A DNA stretch of 64,000 bases from Podarcis cretensis (lineage: Eukaryota): contig OX638152.1 in NCBI GenBank assembly GCA_951804945.1, forward strand, positions 49,538,001 to 49,602,000, in the 5' to 3' direction. Position numbers and translations under genes: made by a program. The notes under the pieces were generated by a model, which worked only from the letters and a program-made list of their open reading frames with translations, was not told where the DNA came from and made no database searches. Position 1 is the first letter of the stretch, and every line of letters starts with the position of its first letter. Below, piece by piece: positions 39,829 to 53,600 of the stretch.

Positions 39829-41801
39829 ACCTAAGTGATTGGAGTGGCTTTTTTCTGATTTCCCCTTCCTTCTCCTGCAGTGAACCCTCCCCTGCTGTGG
39901 TCTTATGCATCATCCAGGTGGTACAGGAGACTGCAGAGGGGTGGGAAGCAGGAAAGAATGGACAGAAATTACCGGTACTGCCATGCTCTCTTCCTCCAGC
40001 ATAAGCAGAATTCCACCGAGTGCAAGTCTGGGGCTAACCTACAGAGTGCAATCCCAACCCATTAGAATCAATTCACTTTTTGCTTTTGCTACTGGCTTTA
40101 AATAAGATACAGATTGTCCTCATCTTTATTCTAGTTTTCATATTGGGGCATTCTCATGACCATGACCATGGCCAAGAAGCCAAGAGCAAGAACATAGGAG
40201 CTACACACTTGCTCCCCCTCTTGTCCCTGCCTCTCTTTCCTGCATGGTCCCTTCTCCCCTTCCAGTGTCAGGATTAACCAAAGTGGGCAGATTTGTATGG
40301 GAGAGCAGAGGAGGGAGAAGACCATGTGAAGTCACCATGCGCTCCCAGTCTCTTAAGCATAGTTAAGAAATTAAAATAGGATGTCTGCTCTTGTCCCTAC
40401 TGACTAATATAGTCATAGATATAAATGTAGCACAATCATTTGCTATGAATTGTTTGTCTCACCCCATGGGGTTTACATCCTAGCATGCGCGTTAAGGATT
40501 GCCCCATTAAGTGAACATGAGCTTGTGGAAGAGGATGACTGTGCTCTGTCAAAGGTTTGTGCAGGAGAATCTCTTGGTGGATTCAACTTAATAACAACAT
40601 AGTAGGGATGCTTCGAGTCTGCAAGTGTTTTGCAGGAGGGATTCAACATAGCAGGAAATTTAGGTTTGCAAAAATAGTGTAGATTAAAGCACTCTGGTAC
40701 ACTAGTGCAACAGATCCACTTTAGCTAACAATGTGACTCCGTGCAGTTAGAAGAGTGATGGGGACATGCAATAAAAAGTATGGGATGAATCGAGATTAAT
40801 AGGAAGACATATAAACACCCCACAAACAGATCAGGCTGAATGCAGGATAAACACTCTTAATCATGCAACCTCCCCACAAACAAATCTGAATAAATACTGG
40901 ATAACCCCCAAGTAAGCTTTCTGCAAGCAAATCAGTGCTCCATAAGTAGGTTATCTGGAGAAGTACTAGGATTAGAAATCAGACCTTCTTTTGCAACACC
41001 TCTGATGTGCAAGGCCTCCGATTCCTGAAAAAAATGTTATCATTTTTAATTTGCATTAAAACATAAAGTGATTTCAGATTATTTCAGATGGGGAAAGAAA
41101 TATATTTTTAAAAGCAAAGTTGTAGTTTTAACATTGCATATCCAAGTCATCCATATCCCAATGCATTTCATAATGATCTTCAATGATACATTTGTGTGTG
41201 TGTTGCTCTATTAAGATAGATATATGTGGTTCTTTCCCTGAGGGTGTCCGTGTTATTTCTCCTCTTCAGGATGTCTGCATTGAAGATCATGCTGTCAGCT
41301 CCTGAAGATTTCAGTATGGCTCCCTGCAATCCTTGATTTGCCACAAGGCATTTGAAATCCAGTCTGTGCTTTATTCAAGTAAGTGCATATAAGGTAGAAG
41401 AACTCCATCAACATTCGTATATCCCTTTCCCCCATAGTGACAGACCCATTAGAAGTCCACAGTTTATCTGAGTGAGTCATAACAATATGAGCATTTAAAT
41501 GTTGCTAGTATATTAGAGCATCCATTTTGATGCAATAAAGAGGACAGTTTACCACAAGCTCCATGAACTCTGGACAAAATGAAAGAATTGTGTCTTAAAA
41601 GGATTTGTGTGGGTGTGTGGGTGTGCAGAATTGCAAAATTGCAAGAAGAGGGGAAGTTGGTTTATCCTGAATATTTTCCCATCTACTATGCAATCATACT
41701 GTCAGTGATGCTCCATCATCTCAGGTGTAGATCTTTCCTATCACCTCTTACCTGATCCTTTTAACTGGAGTTTGTATTTGACCTTCTGTATGCAGAATGT
41801 G

Positions 41802-42166
41802 GTGAGACGCAGGTGGCGCTGTGGGTTAAAGCCTCAGCGCCTAGGACTTGCTGATTGAAAGGTCGGCGGTTCGAATCCCTGCGGCGGCGTGCGCTCCCGC
41901 TGCTCGGTCCCAGCGCCTGCCAACCTAGCAGTTCGAAAGCACCTCCGGGTGCAAGTAGATAAATAGGGACCGCTTACCGGCGGGAAGGTAAACGGCGTTT
42001 CCGTGTGCGGCTCTGGCTCGCCAGAGCAGCGATGTCACGCTGGCCACGTGACCCGGAAGTGTCTCCGGACAGCGCTGGCCCCTGGCCTCTTGAGTGAGAT
42101 GGGCGCACAACCCCAGAGTCTGTCAAGACTGGCCCGTATGGGCAGGGGTACCTTTACCTTTACCTT
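41802..42166 (+). mobile_element. Sauria SINE, full length, young subfamily
   Basis: A box tggcgctgtgg, B box ggttcgaatcc, (ACCTTT)n tail; perfect 13-bp TSD tatgcagaatgtg at 41789-41801 and 42167-42179. Confidence 0.96.
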
Positions 42167-42354
42167 TATGCAGAATGTGAGCCTACCTAATTCAAACTTC
42201 CTGCATCAAAATGCAAACCAATACACAGTTATCCTTTAAAATCTGCACTACACCAAAATTCAGTCTATAACCAGAAATGCTACAAAAATAGCATTTCCTG
42301 ATATGCTGCATTGTATTATTACAGGAGTCAGTGTGACATGGGGCTCATATATCA

Positions 42355-42451
42355 CAGGGATGTGAGATGGAGTTCCAACTTCCATCAGCCACAGCCATAG
42401 ATGTTGTTTTAGTTCAACAACATCTGGAGGACCACAAGTTCCCCAGCCCTG
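42355..42451. mobile_element. short hAT MITE
   Basis: caggg...ccccagccctg ends; 8-bp TSD atatatca / atatattg; related to 46702. Confidence 0.6.
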
Positions 42452-43129
42452 ATATATTGCATGGTGACTAACTGTGATTTTCCAGGAATTACCTCTAGCC
42501 TCCAGTTGCATAGTAAGGGCCATCTCCCAGCCTCACTTGAAAATCTAGGAAAGTAGGGACCCTTGCAGAGGTTCTGCACAATTGCCTCTCATTAGAAGTG
42601 GCACATACTAAGTTTTAAATGGCTGGCATAAAAATAAAAAATGTAACTTTGCATAGAAAATGTAAACTTTGCATAGGAATAATATGTTGGAAGTGTCTTT
42701 AGTACATGACTGCTCAGGATTTGGATGCTACAATTCAGAACATACAGTCCCCACACACTGTGAGGCAGTTGTGCAGCTCTATGAGCTGATCTCGTCTGTT
42801 CAGTATGGCACAGCTGGCAAAACATAGGGGTCAGTATCTGATCTATGCCGTTTCATACAGTCATCTCTGACTATGCATCATGTCCAAGGACACATGAACA
42901 ACATACCAGGTGAACCAGCAATACAAAATGGATATATTGTGCAGGGATTTATACAAAGTAAGAAATACAATTGTAGGAATTGGGACAAGCTATATTTGCA
43001 GGTTTGTGGAAAACTTATCCTTCGTGCAAGTGTGTAGATAGAAACCTATAGAGAAATCAAAGCCCTCAATGAAAAAAGGATAAATGATCCATCCATTAAT
43101 GTTTTAAAAAGTGGCCTATTCAAAGGTAA

Positions 43130-43290
43130 GAGCTGGCAGAATACAGGTTTGGTATGCAGAATGTCCAAGATTCAATTTGTTGCATCTTCAAGCTGGGCTG
43201 GAAAAGACTCTTGTCTGAAATCCTAAAGAGAGACCTAAAGAGGTCAGTGTAGACAATACTGAGCTATATGGTCAAATGATTTGTCGTACT
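43130..43290 (+). mobile_element. old tRNA-derived SINE remnant
   Basis: atgcagaatgtccaagattcaat..gctgggctggaaaagactcttgtctgaaatcct..gtcagtgtagacaatactgagcta. Confidence 0.5.
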
Positions 43291-43292
43291 AC

Positions 43293-44273
43293 GTGAGTAA
43301 CCAGTGTGATGCAGCAGCAAAAAATCCTTAATGCTATTCTAGGCTGCATCCACAGAGGTATAGTGTCTCAATCAAGGGAAGTAATAGTACCACTCTATGA
43401 CGCAGGTGGCGCTGTGGGTTAAAGCCTCAGTGCCTAGGACTTGCCGATCGAAAGGTCGGCGGTTCGAATCCCTGCGGCGGGGTGCGCTCCCGCTGCTCAG
43501 TCCCAGCGCCTGCCAACCTAGCAGTTCGAAAGCACCTCCGGGTGCAAGTAGATAAATAGGGACCGCTTACCAGCGGGAAGGTAAACGGCGTTTCCGTGTG
43601 CGGCTCTGGCTCGCCAGAGCAGCGATGTCACGCTGGCCACGTGACCCAGAAGTGTCTCCGGACAGCGCTGGCCCCTGGCCTCTTAAGTGAGATGGGCGCA
43701 CAACCCCAGAGTCTGGCAAGACTGGCCCGTACGGGCAGGGGTACCTTTACCTTTACCTTTATTCTGCCTTGGTCAGGCCACACCTGGAGTAGTGTGCTCA
43801 GTTCTGGGCACCACATTTTATGAAGGATATTGACAAAGCTGGAATGTCTGCATAGGAGGGTGAACAATATGATAAGGGTTTGGAATCCCAGTCTTATGAG
43901 GAATAGTTGAGGGAGTTGGGGACATTTAGCTTGGAGAAAAGGAGACTGAGGGGAGATATGATAGCCATCTTCAAATATCTAAGGGACTGTCACATGAAAA
44001 ATGGAACAAGGTGATTTTCTCCTGCTCTGGAAGCTAGGAGCTGAACCAATGGCTTCAGGTTACATGAAAGGAAATTCTGTCTAAACTTCAGGAAAGACTT
44101 TCTTACAGTAAGAGATGTTCAACAGTGAAACTGACTCCCATGAGAGGTGGTGGACTCTCCTTCCTTGGAGATTTTTAAGCAGACGTTGGCCACCTGTTGA
44201 GATTCCTGCACTGCAAGGAGTTGGATTAGATGGCCCTCACAGTCCCTTCCAGCTCTACAATTCTGTGATTCTA
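43293..44273 (+). mobile_element. CR1 LINE 3' fragment interrupted by a Sauria SINE
   Basis: aatgctattctaggctgcatc..agggaagtaatagtaccactctat|tctgccttggtcaggccacacctggagt..; attctgtgattct tail; reverse complement of the 39211 CR1. Confidence 0.9.
43399..43759 (+). mobile_element. Sauria SINE, young subfamily
   Basis: near-identical to 41802; inserted in CR1 with only a 3-bp (tat) duplication. Confidence 0.95.
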
Positions 44274-46701
44274 AGCTTTCAGCTTATTTGCTAAGGGTAC
44301 CTCTGACCCAGTCAATATGTTTTTTAGGAGCTTTAAGACTAAAGGTGAACTCTCAGTAATTAAAATTCTTAAGCCATTCCTTTATAATTTATTTCTTTCC
44401 CTGCATTTAGATAATGCCATGTGGTTACTCTTTGCTTGGTTCCGTAAGTGTCACTTGTAAAGAAGATTGAAGTAGTATTTATATACCATGCTCTAGTGTT
44501 CCAGCATCATTCTGCCAGAACCCATCTTATTAACTTCAGACTTTTGGTCTGTGAACATTCCACTTTCCTTCTTGCCAGCTAAGTGTGACTCAAATTTATT
44601 CTCCTCCTGTCCTCATCCTTCACTGAGTCACTGACTGAAGTCTTCCCCTTCTGTAGCTGAATGTCATGTTTTCATTACTGATCTCTTGCTGACTTCCAAG
44701 CAGTCTGACAGCACAGTATATGTATGAAAAGATCAGTAAAAACTTCACGGTTAACTTTGTTGTCCTTGACTTCTACTTTCTGGGTTTGCTAAAAAATAAT
44801 GGAAGGATCAGACTTTATTCAGCTTTAACGTGTATTAAAAAGCAATGTCATAACAGACTACTGTATGATTCTGAAATCAGTACAAACAAGTGGTACCTTA
44901 GGGAAAAAATGGTGCTATGTGAAATGCTCCTGTTTAGTTTTAACAGCCAGCCCAGCTATTCATTCCTCTTCCCAACAGTTTTGTCTCCCATGTGCCACTC
45001 CCAATAGGCACTTGGCATTCTGTGGCTACTAAGCATACTCAGTCCTCATTGGGATATTTTAGATCTTTTGTTTCATTATCTGGATTTTATTTTATTTTTG
45101 GCCAATTTCAAAACAATCCTTTATTTCTGCGTAAAAGCCAACTTCTAATCAAAATCGGCCCCCCAGTTCAGTAGGCTTGGCAAACTTACCCTGCTATCAA
45201 AGGTAAGGGGTGCATTGAATGAATAGCAGGATAGCACCAACATTATTACTGTTAGTGAAATATGGAGGCTGCTGGTATAAAGGAAGTAAGCAGTACTGTG
45301 CCTGTCAACCATCAGCTTGAGTAAAATCAGGAAGACCCTCCAATGATAGTCTCACAATTTGATACTCGTCATGTGTTTGTTCTTTTCATACCAGACTTCA
45401 CATTTTAAAGCTGTTTATATTAAAATAGAACATAATGTTTTCAAGAATGAAAAAAATTCTTAAATACCACAAACAAGAGAGTGTATGGAACAGTTGAGGT
45501 GGCAGAGAAGGAATTATTCTATTTGCGCTTATTCAGTAGACTTTATCTTTTTTTAATGTAGTTATTCCCAGATGTATCTTTGGTGAAAATAACATGAATA
45601 GTAAAAAAGCTTGAGAAGTAGGGACAGAGAAGATGACATTACAATTAGTTTTTCCCCCTCTCCAAATGGCAATTAGAGGAAATTGAATTTTTTTAAAAAA
45701 TGTAATTTAATTTTTTGTTTGCAATTGAATTTCAGATTCTATGTATATAATGGCATCCAGAAGTTTCCAGGTAAGAGTATACTATTAGTTAGTGATTACT
45801 TCAGAGATCCAGCCTTCTTGGTTTCCATTGATATTTGAAGCTCAAACTGTCTGGGCAACTTCTGAAATAACCAGACACCAAATCACATACAACTTTATAG
45901 TGGCTTAATCTAATCACTTTGGCAGGAAAGTTAAATTTAAATCCTTAGTCTGGGCCAAACCAAGTATCTAGCTATCCACTATTGAAATTTGATAGGAAAT
46001 TCACAAACAAGGCTTCCTTTCCTCCATTTTGTTCCATCTCTGCTCACTTTGTCAGCAAAGCTGCTTCATGAGCCCCCAGGCTTAATTCTGATTGACTTTC
46101 TTGTCAGTGTGCTGAGAGTATGTGGTTTTGGTTTCATAATTTGTGTTATTGTCACTATATAGTGTCCTGATAAAACACTGTTGTTTTGTAGTGTTGGTCA
46201 CCTTCAGGGTCTCCTCAACCATAGTAAATGAATAAGAAAATAAATAAAAGCCTTTGATGAATAGTGAGATATAAATGTTAAAAATAAAATAATTAAAAAT
46301 AAATTATGGGGATCTCTGCAGTGGGATTTAGGGTGTCCACTCCCATTTACCTGTGGATTTTCTCCAATGCTTGTGAGTCAACTTCCATAAGATAGGACTG
46401 TTTAAAATATAAAGAAAGTAAAGCAACCCAAACCAGAAGCAGCTGGAGAGGTGAGGAGGGTGGCAGTGCACATCTGGCCCCCAACATTGGCATCACTGTG
46501 GCTTACTGGGAGGGAAAGGGGTGAGGTTGACAGACATATCAGAAGGAGCAATGGATTGGCTCTTCTGGTGTGTCTATTGAGCACTGGGGAAAAATGAGGA
46601 TTTGAACTTACAGTGAAGAGACTTTAACCTTTTCATTCATTTTAATAAGCTATTAGACGTTTAGTCAGGTGACAAGTGAAAAATGTGACTATCATTTACA
46701 T

Positions 46702-46828
46702 CGTATGTGGGAAACCTTTTGCCCTCCAGATGATGCTAAACTACACTTCCCAGGCCATCGGCCATGTTTACTGGGGCTGATGGGAGATGTAGGGCACCAT
46801 CTGGAGCGCCAAATATTCCCCACACCTG
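46702..46828. mobile_element. short palindromic hAT MITE
   Basis: tgtgggaaacc..ctccagatg..catctggag..ttccccacacctg; 8-bp TSD atttacat / atttatat. Confidence 0.75.
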
Positions 46829-47662
46829 ATTTATATTAAAGAAAGGAAAGTTAATCAAAACTTCCCAAATTCAGCTAGCTTTTGAAAAATATGCAACATA
46901 GTATGATCCTGCAATTACATTTTTTAAAATAAAGAAAATAACACATTTTGGGATCTGCTCAGAAAATAGTTGTGTAATTCCATGTGAGGAGGGAGCTGTT
47001 GGTCCTGAAGTTCCTCTAATAAGCATGGAACACTTCTAGGGAAAGGCAGCAATAACTTGTGATATGTAAGGATAACTGTCTCTTCAAATTCAGTATGCTG
47101 ACTATTGATGTAATGAAATATTACATCTGATTCTTAACCATTGCAACCTATCACACTACGTAAGCTCCTATCTTTGCAATGAGAATGAAGCAAATCTATG
47201 TGGCACATCGCATCTGGAAGTGTCAGCCCAGGAACTTGAAAGGACATGTGAAAATGTCATATATTATTGGTTCAAGATGAAAGATACAAAAATCAGCATT
47301 AAAACATTGTTATTAGTGCATGAAGAAACCTCTCAATTTTTACATCCTAGTCAGATGGAATGGTCTTTCTCTCTGAATCCTGACACTTGAGATATGAGAT
47401 ACTAAAATTGTAAATCAGTGTTACTCATCACATTGGTTCAACAGGACAGGAAACCTACAGCAAGAGTGATGGAGCCTCTCTTTTTTAACCAACTTGATTC
47501 TAAAATACAGAAAGTGTGGTTTTGTGATTTACACTCTTGATCAGGCTTGGGTGTTCTGAACGGGGGGCGGGAAACCTCTGCCACATGCCTAAGACAACTT
47601 ATGAGGAAACTATTGGCAAAGTTTCTCTAGCAAAAATAGTATTTGAAGAAGGCTTTGTGAAG

Positions 47663-47949
47663 GAGGGGTGGGCGAGAAATTGAGTTTGGTACCTAATTTG
47701 CATTTCCCAAAACAATATATGAATTGAATGCAGCTGTCCTTCAAACTTCACACTTTTCAGAATTTCGCAATTCAGTTTTCCAACCCCTGAATGTGTATAT
47801 CAGGGGACAGAGCACATAAAAGTGCATGCATCTTAGAGAAATAACAAACAGAGCTGCATTACATTAGGGGAAATGTGGGGAACTGAATTTAGAATTGGGG
47901 GGGGGGGATAAGAAATTGAAACCAAAATTGACAGATGCCCCCAACCCTA
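47663..47949. mobile_element. degraded non-autonomous DNA element (hAT-like)
   Basis: aggggtgggc..ccccaacccta ends; no clean TSD. Confidence 0.4.
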
Positions 47950-49140
47950 CGAGAAGTTGCCAACTATGAAGAGTATGTGATGGCCAACCATACCTTGTCA
48001 TTTTAGGTCTAATGGAATAACATTTCCTGAAGTTTCTTTTTCTTTATCACAAAGTTTCAATCCTCTTGGATAGCAGCGCTTCTAGCTTTGAGTAAGGAAA
48101 AAAAATACCCTGCTCCATTTCTTAAAGTGTAATACCTTGGTGATTTTAGAATGAAAACTTGGAACAGGCGAAGCAGACAAAAAAATAAAAAAGCCATTCA
48201 TTTTAGTATTCAACATAACCCCCTGGTATTTTATTTAAAACATTTAGAAACCGTGACACTGCTGATGAAAATGAAGCTTTAATCATGAATGTTTGTATGC
48301 TCTACAAAAACACCTTGCAACTAGTAATTTCTAATCAAGACAGGGCCAGCATTGAAATACCAAAGGTCTCCTGAGTTTAAATTCACCTTGCTAATGTTTA
48401 TGTGGACCAAATAATGACAGTAAGTACAGAATCATTTGCTCTGTCTAAACACAACAGGACCATGGCTCTGCAATCATTAATATAATAAATCGGCCACCTT
48501 CAAAGCTGGCATCAGAGATTTTTGTGTAGATCTTTACATATTCCTAAGAGAAATTCCATGGTGCCTGTCAAGCCCCCTTTCTCCTCTCATTGTTTTTAAA
48601 AGAGGTGTGTATATGTGTTGTTGAGGTCTTCCTATTTGGGGGTGATGTTTTCTTGGTTTTTTCCTGCATTTTCTTTGGGGTGTGTGTGTGTAAGTTTGTC
48701 CATTGTTTGCAGGAATGTCTAATGATTGCCAGTTTTTCTTCTGTTGTGAGTGTTTTGTGTGCCCATGACAGTTCCTTAGACTTCCAAATGTGCCTCCAGA
48801 TAAAAAAAATGTTCAGAACTTCATTCTAAAGACTGATTAATGCAATGCAGGATGGTTTCTGCATACAGAATTATACAAACTGAAACCAAGATTATCCCAT
48901 ACCAAAACATCCCTTCCACTAAAACAGATTCTACTGGCACTAGATGAGAAGATGAAGGTGACTCCTGTCAGTGATTCATCAAGTTGAACTGTTTGTAGGA
49001 TATCCTAAATAGATCCAATGTGAAATGTCAGTAGGAGATCCTAAATAGCTCTCTAACCATGCAAGCTCATCATGCTGTACTGAACCATACAGCATGTAAC
49101 CTTCAGCTTCTCCACTGATCCCTTGCACTGAACAACTTTT

Positions 49141-49530
49141 AAAGTCCTTTAAAGCCCTAAACGGCCTCAGCCCAGTATACCTGAAGGAGCATTTCCACTC
49201 CCATCGTTCAGCCTCTGGGCTGAAGGTTCAGCACTGAGGGCCTTCTGGCGGTTCCCTTGCTGCAAGAAGTGAGGTTACAGGGAGAAGTGAGGTTGCAGAG
49301 GGCCTTCTCAGTAGTGGCACCTGCCCTGTGGAATGCTCTCCCATCAGATGTCAAAGAAATAAACAACTATGACTTTTAGAAGGTATTTGAAGGCAGCCCT
49401 GTTTAGGGAAGTTTTCAATGTTTGATCTTTTATTGTGTTTTTAATATTCCATTGGGAGCCACCCAGAGTGGCTGGGGAATCCCAGCCAGATGGGCAGGAT
49501 ATTATTATTAATAGTAGTAGTAGTAGTAAT
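49141..49530 (+). mobile_element. L2-clade LINE 3' end
   Basis: KALNGLSPVYLKE-like start, agggccttctcagtagtggcacctgccctgtggaatgctctccc (RAFSVVAPALWNALP), 3' hairpin and (TTA)/(TAG)n tail. Confidence 0.8.
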
Positions 49531-49559
49531 TTCTCAGTGAATACCTCACACTCCTGCCC

Positions 49560-50330
49560 AAGGCTGTTGAAGCCTTGACTTTATACCCACTCCTGCACAT
49601 TCCTTAGAGAAAGCATGTTCTCCCTCATGGAGAGCACATGTTGTGGTGGGGTCCGCCGGGCCACCCCTCTGATGCCAGGCAGGATTCCTAATGGAAGCCA
49701 GTGGCAATGATTGGATGGCTAGGTTGCTGGGGTAAATTCTATGTTGCAATTTGGTGGGTGGGATTAGTTGTTTTAAATCCCATGCACGCTGCTTGGTGCT
49801 TTCTCTTTGCTGCGTGCATTGGATCGCTCACCCACCCTAATTTTATGGGTTTTGTGTTGACCTTGCTATGCCTGTCATGGCATCGTCTGCCGTTGGGGCA
49901 GGGGCCTGGTAGGAATTTTATCCATCTGGCTGATTGGCTGGGCCATTTGGTTTTTGCCTACTGCGTAGCAAATCGTCACAACTTGTAAGGTTGCAGTTAG
50001 CCATTGGTTATAAATTAGTTGGTGGAGGGGTTAGGATTGGATGGGCCTCCCTCCAAGGTTGCTGTGGAAAGGGAATTCTGTTAAAGGAATCCAGGGGCTT
50101 GCCAATTTTTCATCCGAATCCCTGGAATGGGGCTAGGGCTGGCAAGCCCTGGGGAGCATGCGGGGAGAGGTGAGGGCCTGTTGCTCAGCTCCATTTCTCC
50201 CCAACATTTTCTCCCCAATATTGTTTTCCCTTACTGGCTTTTGTTGGTGTCTGGAAGTCAGTTCTGTCCCCAGGCGGGGGGGGGGGGGGGCAGATAGTGT
50301 TAACCAATGCCTAAGCAACCACTCACATTT
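49560..50330 (+). mobile_element. GC-richer repeat, probably a DIRS-like non-coding 3' region
   Basis: compositional shift, poly-G tract, end taaccaatgcctaagcaaccactc loosely resembling 38170; family assignment recalled, not aligned. Confidence 0.35.
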
Positions 50331-50357
50331 CTAAACAGAATCCAGACACATGCATGC

Positions 50358-50614
50358 AGAAGAAGAAGAAGAAGAGTTTGGATTTGATATCCCGCCTTTC
50401 ACTCCCCTTCAGGAGTCTCAAAGTGGCTAACAATCTCCTTATCTCCTTTCCCTTCCTCCCCCACAACAAACACTCTGTGAGGTGAGTGGGGCTGAGAGAC
50501 TTCAGAGAAGTGTGACTGGCCCAAGGTCACCCAGCAGCTGCATGTGGAGGAGCGGAGACTCGAAGCTGGTTCCCCAGATTACAAGACTACCGCTCTTAAC
50601 CACTACACCACACT
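50358..50614 (-). mobile_element. tRNA-derived SINE (Squam3/MIR-like) with (TTC)n tail
   Basis: minus-strand head gtgtggtgtagtggttaagagcggtagtct, core gggtgaccttgggccagtcac, (AAG)n at 50358-50374. Confidence 0.8.
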
Positions 50615-53600
50615 CTCTAGAAAGTTTGAGGATGTGTGCACACAGATGTTACAGAAATGCATGCAGACCTCTTAATCACTGTGATGGATTTCAAGCCTGA
50701 AAATGTAATAGTACTCAGAAGAATTCCCTTGTGTGGGGTTCATGCAAGTATTCTAATGCTTTGGGTCACTGGGTGGGGTGGCATTGGTGCACTGGTGCTG
50801 CCATAAAGGATCCTTCCATCCCTTCCGCTGCAGCAGTCACTTCTGACAAGACAAGGAGTGGAACTTATGCTGGGAGTTGGCATCTGCAGCTAAGACAGAC
50901 CTAGAAAGAATACCAATGGAGCTGTGGAGACTTGGTGACTCGAATTTCAGTAAACCATCAGTGTGGCTCTGGCTGGCAGCACTCAAGTCTTCCTATAGCT
51001 GGCAGATCAGAGAGTTTCATGCATTTTTTAGGTGACTGGGCTAACCCAACACTGGCTTTGCTTATAGAACATATCTACTTTACAATGTATAGGTGCTGGC
51101 TGAAATCAGTGACACCATTTCTGCGCATGTGCCTGTGTGTGTCTGTATTTTTGTTTACAGAGTTTGGGATCTAAGGAAAGGCTTTGTGCACTCAAAATAG
51201 AACTTTATCCACAATCAAAACCTCATCTTTGTCTTGCTGTGGCAGTTTTATTAGGAAAATAACTTTTAAAAATATTTCTTGTTTGTTTGACATGAACAAA
51301 AACTGGCAACACTCTGGTATACAGTTGCCTCATAAATATTAATATCCTTTTTTTTCTGTGGCCCATTACTTTCAGAAAACTGCTTTTAGAGATATAGAGA
51401 TCGGGGGGGGGGGGGAATCTCCATTATATCAAATTATGCAAACAATAATAACATTTGAGTCATGGATTTAATGCTTCTTTGGTATAATTGTCCCTTTAAG
51501 AACTGAAATCAGAAACAATAAAAACCAACTGTGATTAAAAGCAATAAGATCACAGAGGCCAAATAATGCATTATATTTGATTTTGTACAATGTCAAAAGG
51601 AAACTGAATTAAACCAACACCTGCAAATCAAATTATGCATGTAAAAATTAGATATTAGCATAAATGTGTTGTTAGTATATAATTATGATGGGAGCCATTT
51701 GATTTGCCACAGCTCAGAAGTGTGAGGGTTTGGTGAAAGTTTGTCACCTTTCAGATGCATTTTTTCTTCTTCTTTTCCCTGCAATAAGAGTCAGGTGTTA
51801 CATTCAGCGACCAATGCCATTAACAATGGATTTAATTAATTAATCTTGAAAGGTTTCACCCATGAAATAAGTAACTGTTTACATTGTCTTTGGATTATTT
51901 CTGTGATTATTCTGGATTATTTTATACTTTTTAAAAATTCATTTTGACTCATGTTGAATATATTGCACATGTAGTGAGCTAGAATTCTGAACATTATCAT
52001 CAGCTTAGAACACCAAGAAATATGCAATGAATGGAGTTAGGATTCAGCTCAAAACAGGCAATAACACCTTTGTACCACACAGTGCAAAAGAAGATCACAA
52101 AGGGGATGTCACATTACTCTGTTCACATGTTCATGAACATGAGGAGAGAGTGGGGTAATACCCACTGTCTATGGATTTGACATAAGTATGATGGGCAGGG
52201 GTGCCATTGAGGGCCCCCAAAAATTATCAAAGAGGTGGACAGGCTCCCTTAATATTCCATGGTGATGTGCGCATGCCACATGACATGTTTGTGTCACACA
52301 TGCAAGTCGCGTGGCGCACACGACAGGTCATCACGTCACGCGGTGTGTGCAAACCTAAGTAGGGTTTGAAAAGTATCATAGGTATGCCTGAGTGCAATTC
52401 CTATTATAGTCAGTGGCAGTAGGAACTGGTAAACTCTAGTACCTAAAAGCTTAAGCCCTTTGAAATTTGTTTAAGGTGATACAAGACTTTTGGCAATTCC
52501 ACCTCTGGGTGCTGTTAGCATTTGTTTGCAATGGATAAGTAGCATGACACTCCCTCCCCCAGTTAACACACAATTGTCTCACATGCTGTGCTGCAGCAGC
52601 TGTCTTATTATATTCCACAGATCTTGCAAGCACTCAAGGCACCATTATGCTTGCTTGCAGAAGAGGTAGCCACTGAAAACAATCAGTATGGCATCTCCAT
52701 ATCTGATCCCAAACATAGCACTGCTGAAATTCTGATGTTACATCACATTTTGTGATATGTGGCCCCCTGTGTGACATATCCTAAATAAACTAGATATGAG
52801 CTATTGCATTTTCTAATTTGCTTTCTTCTGGCAACCAGTCTGATAGCTGTGCACAGATTCAAGCGTTACATTATAAAATAAATATTTTGCATGACAAACT
52901 TTAACATCGGGAAGTCTGCAAACTATAGGTATTGGGTTAAGTATATATAGACTACATTGTGAACCTGGATACATGAATATAGGGATTATCCTCTACTGTG
53001 AAGGTTTCATGCTCTTAGGCGCAAAAATAAACAGTCACAAACATTGCACTGAAAGAAATGAGGTCAAATCTTGCATGCGCATCAGAGCCCTGTGGAGACA
53101 AAAATCATGCCCAGAAGGTTTAGGTGTGTTAATTTGTTATGCAATCTTCCCTGATTCTGTACAGCAAGGTTCTCTAATCTTTGAGGGTACTTCAAAGTTC
53201 AAATAAAACAGCTGTAATCCTAAAGGAGATCACCTATTATGAAAGCTGACAGACTAATTTATCATATGCACCCAAAGTACAGCAGAATATTAAGCCCCTT
53301 CACCTCTCTGTCATCACCAATTGTATATAATTTCATTGTACTTAGCTGGAGGGGAGATATCTCCCACCCACAAAAAAAGTGCCCATAGCTTACATTTTAG
53401 AGAGAATTGCTATTGCAGTGAGATGTCATAGATTATGGTACTTCACAAATATGCTCCTCAACCCCGTGCTTCTATTTTTAAAGCAGCCCCTCAGTATTCT
53501 ACTATTGCTTGGTTAAAATGAGATTAGTGGGCAATGTTGTGACATCCTTTGAAAACTTCATGGTCATCATTGTGATGCACAGCGTGGCTGCTCAGAGCTT

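Noticed and set aside
39290-39913. 207-aa ORF as a host gene
   Set aside because: CR1 ORF2 C-terminus fused by chance to flanking sequence upstream of the 5' truncation.
41270-41378. Exon-like segment with good acceptor and gtaagt donor
   Set aside because: Stops in all three frames; a non-coding exon cannot be supported without RNA data.
41802-41885. tRNA gene
   Set aside because: The A/B boxes belong to the tRNA-derived SINE head; no complete cloverleaf.
35121-43823. Three near-identical MCGSGSPEQRCHAGHVT ORFs as a peptide gene family
   Set aside because: All lie within Sauria SINE copies; the similarity simply reflects the SINE.
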